The position numbers and the translations under genes were made by a program. From contig CACDWF010000004.1 of the NCBI GenBank assembly GCA_902556405.1, forward strand, positions 19,519-83,518: a stretch of 64,000 bases of DNA. The letters are read 5' to 3'. The DNA is from an uncultured Alphaproteobacteria bacterium (GTDB lineage: Bacteria > Pseudomonadota > Alphaproteobacteria > Rhodobacterales > Rhodobacteraceae). The notes beneath the pieces are model-generated. The model saw nothing but the letters and a program-made list of their open reading frames with translations, was not told where the DNA came from and did no database searches. Position 1 is the stretch's first letter. Every line of letters begins with the position of its first letter. Of this stretch, positions 38,917 to 48,668 are shown piece after piece.

Positions 38917-40653
38917 TTAAATTTTAGCTATGTCAATTATTCGCATTTGGGGTTTTATGACACCCTGCCATTCATTTTTCAAAAGATTACCAGCTATATG
39001 TAAAATCTGATTGGGTTTGGATAGAGGAATATCAAGGCCTATTTTTTTTGCATTAAAACAAATTGCGTCCAAAGTTCCGTTCTCTTTTTTTAATTTGCAC
39101 AATAGGTGTCCGTCTCCTATTTCTCTAACAAACGCAAGTTGGCAATTCGGTATAACTATTATTGGTTGAGGTACCTGAGATCCATAAGGTCCCAGTAGAT
39201 TTAAATGATCTATAAAATCACTATTCACGCCTTCTATATCGATCATCCCATCGATTTCCAGTAAAGCACTAGAGCTTTCCACTGATGTAGGGACAGAAAC
39301 ATGTTTTCTAATAACCTCATCAAATTCTCCTAGCTTATCGATAAGTAGAGAAAAGCCCGCTGCTTGCTTATGTCCCCCACCACTAATAAGAACATCATGG
39401 TATTTTAGCTCTTGTAATATTGCAGTAAGGTCTATTTTTTCTGTGGATCTAATAGAACCATGACCTACATCCCCATTAATAGTAATAACCACGCATAACC
39501 CCCCATAAAGGTCTTTAAGCCGAGAGGCTATTATTCCAATTACGCCTTTATGCCAACCCTTAGCTTTTACTAGTATATAAGGTTTTTTACTTTTATAATT
39601 TGATATTTGTTCTACTGCATTGGAGAGAATTATTTTTTCTAATGCTTTGCGCTCCTTATTAGCTGTCTCCATTTCATTAATACATTTTTCAATGGTATGC
39701 GGATCTTTAGCAGTGAGAAATTGATATGTCAGAAAAGCTGAGTCTATCCTCCCACTAGCATTTAATCTTGGTGCAACTTGGAATGCTATTGTTTCTTCAT
39801 TGAAGTTTTGTAGTAAATTGAAATGTGTTCCAAACATTTTAAGACAGAGGCGGTTTTGGAATATCTTTAAACCTTGTTTAACGAATGCTCGGTTAAGCCC
39901 TATTAAAGGTACTACATCGGCTATAGTAGCTAGACTTACAAGATTCAGATAGCTCAGAAGATTTATATTGGGGCTGCTATTCTTGGGCATAATACTATTC
40001 ATCTCAACTAAAAAAATAAAAACAACTCCAGCAGCACATAGGTACCCAAATATATTTTTCTCATCAAATCTATTTGGGTTTATTACTGCATAAGCAGACC
40101 TTGAAAAGGTATCAGACCTATGGTGATCTATTACAATAACGTCAACTCCTCTCTCTGTAGCACCCTTAATTGCATCTTCTGTGTCGGTACCACAATCAAC
40201 GCAGATAATTAAAGAGTGATTAAGAGCAAGCTTATTCATCGCTTTAGTATTCGGCCCATATCCCTCCGTTTCTCGATCTGGTATGTATATTGTTGGTTTG
40301 ATACCGAAATTCCTTAACCATAGAGAAATTAGTGCAGCAGAAACCGTACCATCTACATCATAATCAGCAAAAATAGCAATTGTTTCTTTTTTCTCTATGG
40401 CCTTTAGTAAGCGTAACGAACCTTTTTCCATATCTAAAAAAATTTTTGGACTAGGCATCAAGTTTTTTATCTTTGGTTTTATATATTCTAAATAATCTTC
40501 TTCCTTAACTTTATTTTTGATTAGCTGGTAGGCACTTATTTGTGGTATGGACAGTCTCTTTGAATAAACTAATGCTTGCTGCAAAAGCTGCTCGCTTGGA
40601 CCAACCCACTCTTTATTGCTAAAGGATTTTGATATTCCCAGAAAGCTCATCAA
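38917..40653 (-). CDS. recJ: Single-stranded-DNA-specific exonuclease RecJ
   Basis: DHH motifs (FADYDVDG, DCG, IVIDHH) and DHHA1 GGGHKQAAG; 578 aa. Confidence 0.9.
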   Translation of the reverse strand: MMSFLGISKSFSNKEWVGPSEQLLQQALVYSKRLSIPQISAYQLIKNKVKEEDYLEYIKPKIKNLMPSPKIFLDMEKGSLRLLKAIEKKETIAIFADYDVDGTVSAALISLWLRNFGIKPTIYIPDRETEGYGPNTKAMNKLALNHSLIICVDCGTDTEDAIKGATERGVDVIVIDHHRSDTFSRSAYAVINPNRFDEKNIFGYLCAAGVVFIFLVEMNSIMPKNSSPNINLLSYLNLVSLATIADVVPLIGLNRAFVKQGLKIFQNRLCLKMFGTHFNLLQNFNEETIAFQVAPRLNASGRIDSAFLTYQFLTAKDPHTIEKCINEMETANKERKALEKIILSNAVEQISNYKSKKPYILVKAKGWHKGVIGIIASRLKDLYGGLCVVITINGDVGHGSIRSTEKIDLTAILQELKYHDVLISGGGHKQAAGFSLLIDKLGEFDEVIRKHVSVPTSVESSSALLEIDGMIDIEGVNSDFIDHLNLLGPYGSQVPQPIIVIPNCQLAFVREIGDGHLLCKLKKENGTLDAICFNAKKIGLDIPLSKPNQILHIAGNLLKNEWQGVIKPQMRIIDIAKI

Positions 40654-40708
40654 TAGTTCTTTTACATTGACATCATGATTTTTCTAAAAAACTGAATCTT
40701 TGAACGCG

Positions 40709-40864
40709 TTAAAGTTGCGTGAATTCAACATCCCCATTTTTAAGTTTTATGTCGTTATTCAAAATATCATAAATTAGGGCACCTAAAGAAAAAATATACC
40801 CATCTTTAACCAACGCATTTAGTGGCGTAAAAATTATTTGATCAACTAAACTGAACCTTTTCAT
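40709..40864 (-). CDS. Possible small ORF (51 aa) coupled to the hom stop
   Basis: My own translation: MKRFSLVDQIIFTPLNALVKDGYIFSLGALIYDILNNDIKLKNGDVEFTQL. The ATG shares one base with the hom TAA (TAATG). No family recognised and it is below the track length cut-off. Confidence 0.25.
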   Translation of the reverse strand: MKRFSLVDQIIFTPLNALVKDGYIFSLGALIYDILNNDIKLKNGDVEFTQL

Positions 40865-42156
40865 TAAATTTCTTGGATTTCAATCGCAACGGGCTTTTGT
40901 TCGCATATCTTTAGCTTTTTAATATCGATTAAAGCTTTTTTTAGGCTCTCCTCAAGGGCTTTATGCGTAATCATAATTAATGTTGCTCTCTGTTTCGGCA
41001 GAGGTTTTTGTTTCATCTGATTGATCGATATTCCACAGTTGCTTAATTTCCCTGATAATCGAGCTATCACACCTGGTTTGTCTTTCAGTACAAATCTTAA
41101 GTAAAATGAACTTTTTTTAGACACTTTTTCATTCCTATTGCTACTATTTGTTTTGTCGCCAGTTAAAAAAGTAGATTTACTCTTTCTAGAAGCAATGGCG
41201 ACTAGGTCTGAGACCACTGAAGAAGCTGTTGGCCCCATGCCTGCACCTGGACCAGAAAAAACAGTAGTGCCGATTTCTTCACCCTCAATTGCAATTATGT
41301 TTGTGCTTCCATTAACTTGTGCAATAGGACTGCCTTTTCTAATTAATTTAGGAGACACTTCCTGTGTAAGCTTATTTTTTGAGTACTCTGCTGTTGCGAG
41401 TAACTTTATTTTATATCCAATTAAATCGGCTTCTTGAATGTCTTCTATAGAAATGTGGTCTATCCCTTCCGTTTTTACTGCTTTAAAGTTCAGAGCGGTT
41501 CCAAATGCCAAGCAAGAGAGTAAAGCTAGTTTGTGAGCTGAGTCAATTCCCCCAATGTCGAGCCTTGGATCACTTTCAACATAGCCAAGTCGTTGTGCCT
41601 CAGAAAATACATCTGAGTATTCTCGCCCATCAGACTCCATTTTGGTAAGTATGAAATTACATGTTCCATTGATTACGCCATATAGTTTTGAAATCTTATT
41701 TACTATTAGAGAGTCTTGTAACACTTTTATGATAGGTATGCCCCCAGCCACTGCTGCCTCATATCTTAAAAAGACACCTTTCTCTCTCGCAAGTTCTTCA
41801 TAAATAGACCCCTCTTTTGCAAGAAGAGATTTGTTTGCAGTAACTACGTGTTTACCGTTATTTATTGCCTCTCTTATAACCTTTCTAGCAGTGTTATCCA
41901 TATCACCGATTAGTTCAACGATTACGTCAACATTCGGGTCTTTTGCGATATTTAAAGGAGAGGCTATCCATCTAAATGGACTTATATCAACACTTCTTTT
42001 CTTCGTAGTATTTTTTGCACTTATAGCTACCACTCTAAGTTCTATACCTGTCCTATTTTTTATATTGTTTTTTTGTTTGTTCAAAAGCCTTAATACGCCA
42101 GAGCCTACCGTCCCAAGGCCAATAATTGCTACATTTAATTTGGATTTATTCATCAC
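40864..42156 (-). CDS. hom: Homoserine dehydrogenase
   Basis: NAD-binding IIGLGTVGSG, catalytic domain and a C-terminal ACT domain; 430 aa. Confidence 0.9.
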   Translation of the reverse strand: MMNKSKLNVAIIGLGTVGSGVLRLLNKQKNNIKNRTGIELRVVAISAKNTTKKRSVDISPFRWIASPLNIAKDPNVDVIVELIGDMDNTARKVIREAINNGKHVVTANKSLLAKEGSIYEELAREKGVFLRYEAAVAGGIPIIKVLQDSLIVNKISKLYGVINGTCNFILTKMESDGREYSDVFSEAQRLGYVESDPRLDIGGIDSAHKLALLSCLAFGTALNFKAVKTEGIDHISIEDIQEADLIGYKIKLLATAEYSKNKLTQEVSPKLIRKGSPIAQVNGSTNIIAIEGEEIGTTVFSGPGAGMGPTASSVVSDLVAIASRKSKSTFLTGDKTNSSNRNEKVSKKSSFYLRFVLKDKPGVIARLSGKLSNCGISINQMKQKPLPKQRATLIMITHKALEESLKKALIDIKKLKICEQKPVAIEIQEI

Positions 42157-43388
42157 TAACCAATTAAACCCTGGCTATTTTCGCTCAGTATTTTATCCGC
42201 TTTATTAAGGACAGCTTTTATGTTTCTTGCTGCCTGCCTAATTCTATGCTCATTTTCAACAAGACCAATCCTAACAAAGTTCTCACCATATTCTCCAAAG
42301 CCAATCCCAGGCGCAACAGAAATATTAGCCTCCTTAAGAAGGACTTTAGAAAACTCTAACGAGCCTAAAGGTTTAAATTTCTCTGGGATCGGTGCCCATG
42401 CAAACATTGTTGCGTCTGGTGACGGAATCTCCCATCCAGCTTTACCCATTGATTCGACTAATACATCTCTTCTTTTTCTGTAAATTCCCCTTACTTTTTC
42501 AATTGTGCTGGGATCCGAACTAAGGGCGCTGGCCGCTGCGACCTGAATCGGTGTGAATGCTCCGTAATCGAGATAGGATTTAATTTTTTCTAATGCTGCG
42601 ATCAGTATCTCGTTACCGACAGCAAAGCCCATTCTCCAGCCTGGCATGCTAAATGTTTTTGACATGGACGTAAATTCAACTGCGACTGATTTAGCACCAG
42701 ACACCTGTAAAATTGAGGGTGGTGGAGTTTCGCTATAATATATCTCAGCGTATGCAAGATCAGATAATATCCAGACCTCGTTTTGTTTTGCCACTTTAAC
42801 TAATTCTTGATAAAATTTTAATGTACAGGTTTTTGTTGTTGGATTAGATGGGAAGGAGACTACTATGGCTACTGGCTTAGGTGAAATATGTTTTAATGAA
42901 CGAGTTAGGGTTTTGAAATATTCATCCTCATCAAATTGTCCATTTGTTAATGTTGGAACGTGTCTCAAGGAGCCACCAGCAATTATAAAACCATAGGGAT
43001 GAATTGGGTATGATGGATTTGGAACTAGAATAACGTCACCGGGATCGGTTATAGCCATAGCTAAATTAGCCAATCCCTCTTTTGAACCGAGAGTTGCAAT
43101 TATCTCCTTTTCCGGGTCAAGCTTAACTGAGAACCTTCTACTGTAGTAATCAGCCTGTGCTCTCCTTAGACCTTTTATTCCTCTAGAAACAGAGTATCTG
43201 TGAGTTTTTGGTTTTTTTACTGTTTCAATTAGCTTATCAACAATAAACGATTCAGTGTCGATATCAGGATTTCCCATTCCAAAGTCAATTATATCATGAC
43301 CTTGATCGCGGTATCTTGCTTTAAGTTTATTAACCTCCGCAAAAACGTAGGAAGGTAGTCTAGTAATTCTATGAAATTCTGTTTTCAT
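42156..43388 (-). CDS. Class I/II pyridoxal-phosphate-dependent aminotransferase
   Basis: PLP-lysine context SMSKTFSMPGWRMG; 410 aa. Stop overlaps the hom start (ATGA). Exact substrate is not determinable from sequence. Confidence 0.85.
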   Translation of the reverse strand: MKTEFHRITRLPSYVFAEVNKLKARYRDQGHDIIDFGMGNPDIDTESFIVDKLIETVKKPKTHRYSVSRGIKGLRRAQADYYSRRFSVKLDPEKEIIATLGSKEGLANLAMAITDPGDVILVPNPSYPIHPYGFIIAGGSLRHVPTLTNGQFDEDEYFKTLTRSLKHISPKPVAIVVSFPSNPTTKTCTLKFYQELVKVAKQNEVWILSDLAYAEIYYSETPPPSILQVSGAKSVAVEFTSMSKTFSMPGWRMGFAVGNEILIAALEKIKSYLDYGAFTPIQVAAASALSSDPSTIEKVRGIYRKRRDVLVESMGKAGWEIPSPDATMFAWAPIPEKFKPLGSLEFSKVLLKEANISVAPGIGFGEYGENFVRIGLVENEHRIRQAARNIKAVLNKADKILSENSQGLIG

Positions 43389-43392
43389 TTCA

Positions 43393-43524
43393 CTAGTCTA
43401 AAAAAAACTTATTTTCGAATTCACTTAGCGGTGATAGTTCTGGCCAATTTTTTTCTGAACATGCGTAGATCGTTAAAGGCAATGTAAAGAAAATGATTGT
43501 TTTCGCTAAGTATCTGAGCTTCAT
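43393..43524 (-). CDS. Candidate small lipoprotein (43 aa)
   Basis: My own translation: MKLRYLAKTIIFFTLPLTIYACSEKNWPELSPLSEFENKFFLD. It has a basic n-region, hydrophobic core and a lipobox-like IYA|C. AGGAG lies 7 nt upstream of the ATG, and the stop is 4 nt before the aminotransferase ATG. Confidence 0.4.
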   Translation of the reverse strand: MKLRYLAKTIIFFTLPLTIYACSEKNWPELSPLSEFENKFFLD

Positions 43525-43553
43525 TTATTCTCCTGCAAAATAATTAGCAATTA

Positions 43554-44828
43554 TTAATAAATAGGAAACTCACTACAGAGCTCAATCACCTCTTTTTTTA
43601 CTTTCGAAATAACTTGTGAAGATCGTTCAGAGTTAACATTATCTAATATTCGCAAAATCCAAGAGCCAACTTGTTTGAATTGCGTCTCTTTAAAACCCCT
43701 TGTAGTTGCAGCTGGGGTTCCTAACCTTATTCCAGATGTAATAGTTGGTTTTTCGCTGTCGAAGGGGATACCATTTTTATTACAAACAATATTTCCTTCC
43801 CCAAGCGCTGTTTCAGCTGTAGCACCTGTGACTTTTTTCTTTCTAAGATCTACGAGTAACACGTGGGTATCGGTCCCTCCAGTAATTAAATCAAGACCAC
43901 CCTCTTGTAGTGTTTCAGCAAGTGCCTTTGCGTTCTTTATTACTTGCTTTTGATACACTACAAACTCATCGCTTAGCGCCTCATTGAAGGCGACTGCTTT
44001 CGCAGCAATAACATGCATCAATGGGCCACCTTGAATACCTGGAAAAATTGCTGAGTTTACTTTCTTTGCTATATCGGGATCATTACAGAGAATCATTCCT
44101 CCTCTGGGTCCTCGCAGAGTTTTGTGGGTCGTAGATGTTACAACGTCCGCATAATCTAAGGGGTTTGGATGCACGCCAGCCGCTACCAGGCCTGAAATGT
44201 GCGCCATATCAACTAATAAGAAAGATCCAACCTCATTACAGATATCTCTAAATTTTTTAAAGTCTAAGATACGCGGAATTGCTGAGCCTCCTGCTATTAT
44301 TAAGTTAGGTTTATGTAGCCTTGCAAGTTGATGAATCTGATCATAGTCAACAGTGTTTGTTTCTTTTGTGACCCCATAATGAACAGGGTTGAACCATTTA
44401 CCGGATTGATTTGGTTTTGCTCCATGTGTAAGATGTCCACCCGAAGCTAGGTCCATTGACAAAAAAGTATCTCCGGGTTTCATCAGAGCCAAAAAAACTG
44501 CCTGGTTAGCTTGGCTTCCCGAGTTCGGTTGTACATTAGCAAATTTGCAATTGTATAGTTGACAGGCTCTGGATATTGCCAATTGCTCAGCGACATCCAC
44601 ATTTTCACATCCACCATAATATCTTCTACCTGGGTACCCTTCTGCGTATTTATTAGTCATAACTGAACCTTGAGCCTCCATTACAGCAGAAGAAGCTATA
44701 TTCTCAGATGCAATGAGCTCAATTTCATTACGTTGCCTACCCAACTCTCTCTCTAGGGAGTTAAAAATTTCTGGATCCTGAGATGACAAAGTTCCACCAA
44801 AAAAGTTCGTTTTGCCTAAAAAATTCAT
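43554..44828 (-). CDS. glyA: Serine hydroxymethyltransferase
   Basis: PLP site [12 protein letters not shown]; 424 aa. Confidence 0.95.
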   Translation of the reverse strand: MNFLGKTNFFGGTLSSQDPEIFNSLERELGRQRNEIELIASENIASSAVMEAQGSVMTNKYAEGYPGRRYYGGCENVDVAEQLAISRACQLYNCKFANVQPNSGSQANQAVFLALMKPGDTFLSMDLASGGHLTHGAKPNQSGKWFNPVHYGVTKETNTVDYDQIHQLARLHKPNLIIAGGSAIPRILDFKKFRDICNEVGSFLLVDMAHISGLVAAGVHPNPLDYADVVTSTTHKTLRGPRGGMILCNDPDIAKKVNSAIFPGIQGGPLMHVIAAKAVAFNEALSDEFVVYQKQVIKNAKALAETLQEGGLDLITGGTDTHVLLVDLRKKKVTGATAETALGEGNIVCNKNGIPFDSEKPTITSGIRLGTPAATTRGFKETQFKQVGSWILRILDNVNSERSSQVISKVKKEVIELCSEFPIY

Positions 44829-44999
44829 AATACACCCTATGTCTGTTTCAATTATTACTTTGATTCGATTTAATGTATATTAAATATGAAGTGTCTGTTC
44901 CAGTTTTTTCTTATGTTTTGTTGGTGCCATTATCATCATTTGTTGTTAGAATCTTGAGTTTTATTTATAACAGTACCGAAGGCTCTGTGGACAAAAATT

Positions 45000-45764
45000 A
45001 TGGCTGATAAAAAATTAACATTTATGGCAAGTGACGATCCTGAAGCTAGAGAGGCTTTGAATAACCTTCGAAAACTTTATAAGGATTTCGGAATAGACAA
45101 AGCTGATGTAGTTGTAGCCCTTGGGGGCGATGGATTTATGTTACAGACACTTAAGTCAGTGTCAGCGAAAAATGTTTCTGTTTACGGGATGAATAAGGGC
45201 ACTGTTGGTTTTTTGATGAACACTTTTAACCCTGATAAATTGCAAGAACGTATTAAGATAGCAAAGCAAGAGATCGTAAATCCTTTAAAAATGATTGCTA
45301 CAAAAACAGATGGTAGAATAGATGAGGAGCTGGCCATCAATGAGGTATCAATACTTAGATCAGGACCCCAGGCAGCAAAACTAAGTATATCTGTTGATGG
45401 GTCTGAAAAGCTTCAGGAGCTTGTATGTGACGGGGCGTTAGTATGTACACCAGCTGGGTCAACAGCCTATAACTATTCTGTTCACGGACCTATTTTACCT
45501 ATAGGCGCAAACATTTTAGGTTTGACTGCTATATCTGCCTACAGACCACGACGATGGAGAGGAGCGTTATTGCCGTTAGATGCAAGAATAGATATTAGAG
45601 TAAAAAGCGCTACGAAAAGGCCGGTATCAGCGGTTGCTGATACATTTGAGGTTAAAGGCGTCAAGCATGTGGCTATAACAATCGAAAAGAAATTAAAACA
45701 TAAATTGTTATTTGATCCAGGACACGGGTTAGAAGAAAGATTACTAAAAGAGCAATTTGAATAA
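45000..45764 (+). CDS. nadK: NAD kinase
   Basis: GGDGFML motif and ACTPAGSTAYN-like CTPAGSTAYNYS; 254 aa. Confidence 0.88.
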   Translation: MADKKLTFMASDDPEAREALNNLRKLYKDFGIDKADVVVALGGDGFMLQTLKSVSAKNVSVYGMNKGTVGFLMNTFNPDKLQERIKIAKQEIVNPLKMIATKTDGRIDEELAINEVSILRSGPQAAKLSISVDGSEKLQELVCDGALVCTPAGSTAYNYSVHGPILPIGANILGLTAISAYRPRRWRGALLPLDARIDIRVKSATKRPVSAVADTFEVKGVKHVAITIEKKLKHKLLFDPGHGLEERLLKEQFE

Positions 45765-45768
45765 AAAT

Positions 45769-46464
45769 ATGAATGAACAGCTTGTTTTAGACCTCAGTTT
45801 AAAGGAGGCATTGGAAAAAGAGGATTTTTTTATTTCCCCAAGTAATTTGGATGCTGTTACTCTGTTAGGCAACACAGATCGGTGGGCTTCAGGGGTTTTG
45901 TTACTAGTTGGTCCTAAGGGTAGTGGTAAGACGCATCTATGCACTGTTTGGTCTAAAGAACAAAAAGCCAAGCACGTAAAGCTTGAGGCAGTTTTACCGG
46001 AAATAGAAAAAGGTCTAAATCATGATTTAGTTTGCGTTGAGGATATAGATATAATTGAAAAAGCTGAAAGGCAAAAAAAGTCAAAAATAGAAGAAGGTAT
46101 ATTCCACCTAATTAACAGTATTGGGAGTAGAGGAGGCAAGCTCCTAATATCCTCGAGAAAAATGCCAAATTCGCTATCATTTGGCCTTAAAGATTTAGTG
46201 TCAAGATTACAAAGTTTCAGTAGTGCTAACATAAAGGACCCAGATGATAGTTTGGTAATGGCACTCCTATTAAAATACTTTAATGACAGGCAAATTTATA
46301 TAAAGCACTCAAACCTGGATTACATTGCTGCCAGAATTAATAGGACCTATAGATCAATTTACGAATTTGTTAACTATCTAGATCATAAATCTCTTGCTCT
46401 AAATACAAAAGTAACTAGACCTTTTATTGATAGTGCTTTGAATAAAATGGAAAAGACATATTAA
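45769..46464 (+). CDS. hdaA: DnaA regulatory inactivator HdaA (DnaA-domain III paralogue)
   Basis: P-loop GPKGSGKTHL, short AAA+ module of about 230 aa. In-frame ATG at 45769 is preferred to the TTG at 45757, which overlaps nadK. Confidence 0.75.
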   Translation: MNEQLVLDLSLKEALEKEDFFISPSNLDAVTLLGNTDRWASGVLLLVGPKGSGKTHLCTVWSKEQKAKHVKLEAVLPEIEKGLNHDLVCVEDIDIIEKAERQKKSKIEEGIFHLINSIGSRGGKLLISSRKMPNSLSFGLKDLVSRLQSFSSANIKDPDDSLVMALLLKYFNDRQIYIKHSNLDYIAARINRTYRSIYEFVNYLDHKSLALNTKVTRPFIDSALNKMEKTY

Positions 46465-46469
46465 TAAAT

Positions 46470-48668
46470 ATGGGAAACGTAAACGCAGATTTCTTAAATC
46501 AAGATTATGACCTTGAATTGAAAAGCTCCAAGGATCTTGGACCAATTAATAGATTAATAAACAGAGAGCTTTCTTGGATTTCCTTTAATTGGCGAGTTTT
46601 ACAAGAAGCTAATAACATAAAGGTACCACTCTTTGAAAGACTCAGATTTCTTGCAATATCTGCGCGAAATCTCGATGAGTTTTATACGGTTCGAGTTGCT
46701 GGGTTCAGGCAAATGGTAAAAAACAAGATCGAAGTAATAAGCGCCGATGGTCTTACACCCGAGGAACAATTGATAAAAATAGAACAAGAAGCTAAAGCTT
46801 TAATAGAGAAACAACAAGATTTATTGCCTTCTATATTATCTAATTTGAAAAAAAAAGGCGTAGTATTAGTAAAACCAAAGGGCGTGACGGTATCTGAAAA
46901 AAAGAGTTTAGAGAAACAATTTATGTCAAAAGTTTTTCCAGCGCTTACTCCTTTGGCTATAGATCCTGCTCATCCCTTTCCATTTATCCCAACTGAGGGC
47001 TCTGCCCTAGCGCTAAAATTAAGAAATAGAGATGGAAAAAAATCATTGAATGCTTTGGTTCCTATTCCAGGCATGCTTGATCGATTTCAAAAGCTTAAGG
47101 ATGGCGCTAAAGGGGAGAAAAGATTTTTATCACTTGAAGATTTTATAGTAATTTTTATTCACAGATTATTTCCAAATTATTTTCTCGAGGAATATTTTTC
47201 CTTTAGAATTCTGAGAGATAGTGACTTAGAACTTGAAGAAGAAGCAGAGGATCTTGTGCGCGAGTTTGAAATTGCATTGAAACGCCGAAAGCGTGGAGAA
47301 GTAATACGAATGAAAGTCACAAAAAGTAGTGCAGAGCCTTTATTGAAACTAATATCGAAGGAAATAGGGTTTGATAGATCCCAAGTAATTCAGGTTAATG
47401 AAATGATTGGTTTGTCTGATTTAGATGAGTTAATTATTTCGGCTAAAAGAAGCCTAAGTTGGAAAACGTTTATTCCCAGAAGTCCAGAGAGAATAGAGGA
47501 CTTTAACGGTGACATTTTTTCTGCAATAAGGCAGAAAGATCTTCTTTTACAACATCCATATGAGACTTTTGATACCGTTGTTAATTTTCTGGAACAAGCA
47601 GCCCGAGACCCTAATGTTATCGCTATTAAACAAACTTTATATAGAACAACTCTGGATAGTCCAATAGTAAGAGCTCTATGCGAATCTGCAGAGAATGGAA
47701 AGACAGTGACTGCATTGGTCGAGCTAAAGGCCAGATTTGATGAGGCAAATAATATAAACGTGTCGCGAGAGCTAGAGAAGGCTGGAGCTCAAGTAGTATA
47801 CGGTTTTATGGATTGGAAGACACATGCAAAGCTATCGACTATCGTAAGACAAGAAGGCAAGCTGTTAAGAACTTATACGCATATTGGTACAGGAAACTAT
47901 CATCCCGATACAGCAAAGATTTATACCGATCTAAGCCTTTTCACTTCAGACGCTACTTTAGGTAGAGATGTTACTAAAGTTTTTAATTATCTATCAGGAT
48001 ACATAAAACCAACAGATTTAGAAAGCATGATTATAGCGCCTCTAAAGTTAAAGAGTAGCTTAATAAAAATGATAAAAAATGAGATGGCTCTAGCTAAAAA
48101 GGGCAGGCCAGCAGAGATATGGGTTAAACTGAATGCTCTTATCGACCCAGAAATTATTGATATTTTATATAAGGCAAGTCAATCTGGAGTTAAGATAAAT
48201 ATGATCATTCGAGGTATTTGTGGATTAAGACCTGGTATCAAAGGCCTTTCTGAAAATATTCGTGTTAAATCTGTAATAGGACGTTTCTTGGAACACAGTA
48301 GGGTGTGTGTTTTTGGTAATGGATTTCATTTACCTTCCACCAAAGCTAAAGTTTTTATTTCATCAGCGGACTGGATGGGAAGAAACTTGAACCGTCGAGT
48401 AGAATCTTTTGTTGAGATTAAAAATTTAACTGTGAAGTCACAAATTGTTAACCAGATTATGGTAGCTAATTTAGCTGATAAAGAGCAATCATGGGTGCTT
48501 CAGCCTGATGGCCAGTATAAGAGGCATGAATTCAAACCAAACGAACAAAGCTTTAATTGTCATGAATATTTTATTGAAAATCCTTCTTTATCAGGAAGAG
48601 GCAGAGCTGCACTAAATGCTCCTCCAAGTTTATTGAATACCAGAAACAATAGAAAAAAATCATTTTGA
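46470..48668 (+). CDS. ppk: Polyphosphate kinase 1
   Basis: 732 aa. NRELSWISFNWRVLQEA N-terminus, WKTHAKLS autophosphorylation His region and two PLD-like C-terminal domains. Confidence 0.92.
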   Translation: MGNVNADFLNQDYDLELKSSKDLGPINRLINRELSWISFNWRVLQEANNIKVPLFERLRFLAISARNLDEFYTVRVAGFRQMVKNKIEVISADGLTPEEQLIKIEQEAKALIEKQQDLLPSILSNLKKKGVVLVKPKGVTVSEKKSLEKQFMSKVFPALTPLAIDPAHPFPFIPTEGSALALKLRNRDGKKSLNALVPIPGMLDRFQKLKDGAKGEKRFLSLEDFIVIFIHRLFPNYFLEEYFSFRILRDSDLELEEEAEDLVREFEIALKRRKRGEVIRMKVTKSSAEPLLKLISKEIGFDRSQVIQVNEMIGLSDLDELIISAKRSLSWKTFIPRSPERIEDFNGDIFSAIRQKDLLLQHPYETFDTVVNFLEQAARDPNVIAIKQTLYRTTLDSPIVRALCESAENGKTVTALVELKARFDEANNINVSRELEKAGAQVVYGFMDWKTHAKLSTIVRQEGKLLRTYTHIGTGNYHPDTAKIYTDLSLFTSDATLGRDVTKVFNYLSGYIKPTDLESMIIAPLKLKSSLIKMIKNEMALAKKGRPAEIWVKLNALIDPEIIDILYKASQSGVKINMIIRGICGLRPGIKGLSENIRVKSVIGRFLEHSRVCVFGNGFHLPSTKAKVFISSADWMGRNLNRRVESFVEIKNLTVKSQIVNQIMVANLADKEQSWVLQPDGQYKRHEFKPNEQSFNCHEYFIENPSLSGRGRAALNAPPSLLNTRNNRKKSF

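Noticed and set aside
44829-44999. The 171-nt leader region upstream of glyA, checked for a ZTP, THF or glycine-type riboswitch. The regions upstream of the rib operon were likewise checked for an FMN riboswitch.
   Set aside because: I found none of the conserved cores by eye (for example GGGTCGTGAC...CCGCCTGGGC for ZTP, or the FMN AGGATAGTGAAAG...GGTGAAATTCC core). The only structure is a weak CCGAAGG hairpin near the nadK start. A covariance-model scan would be needed to be sure.
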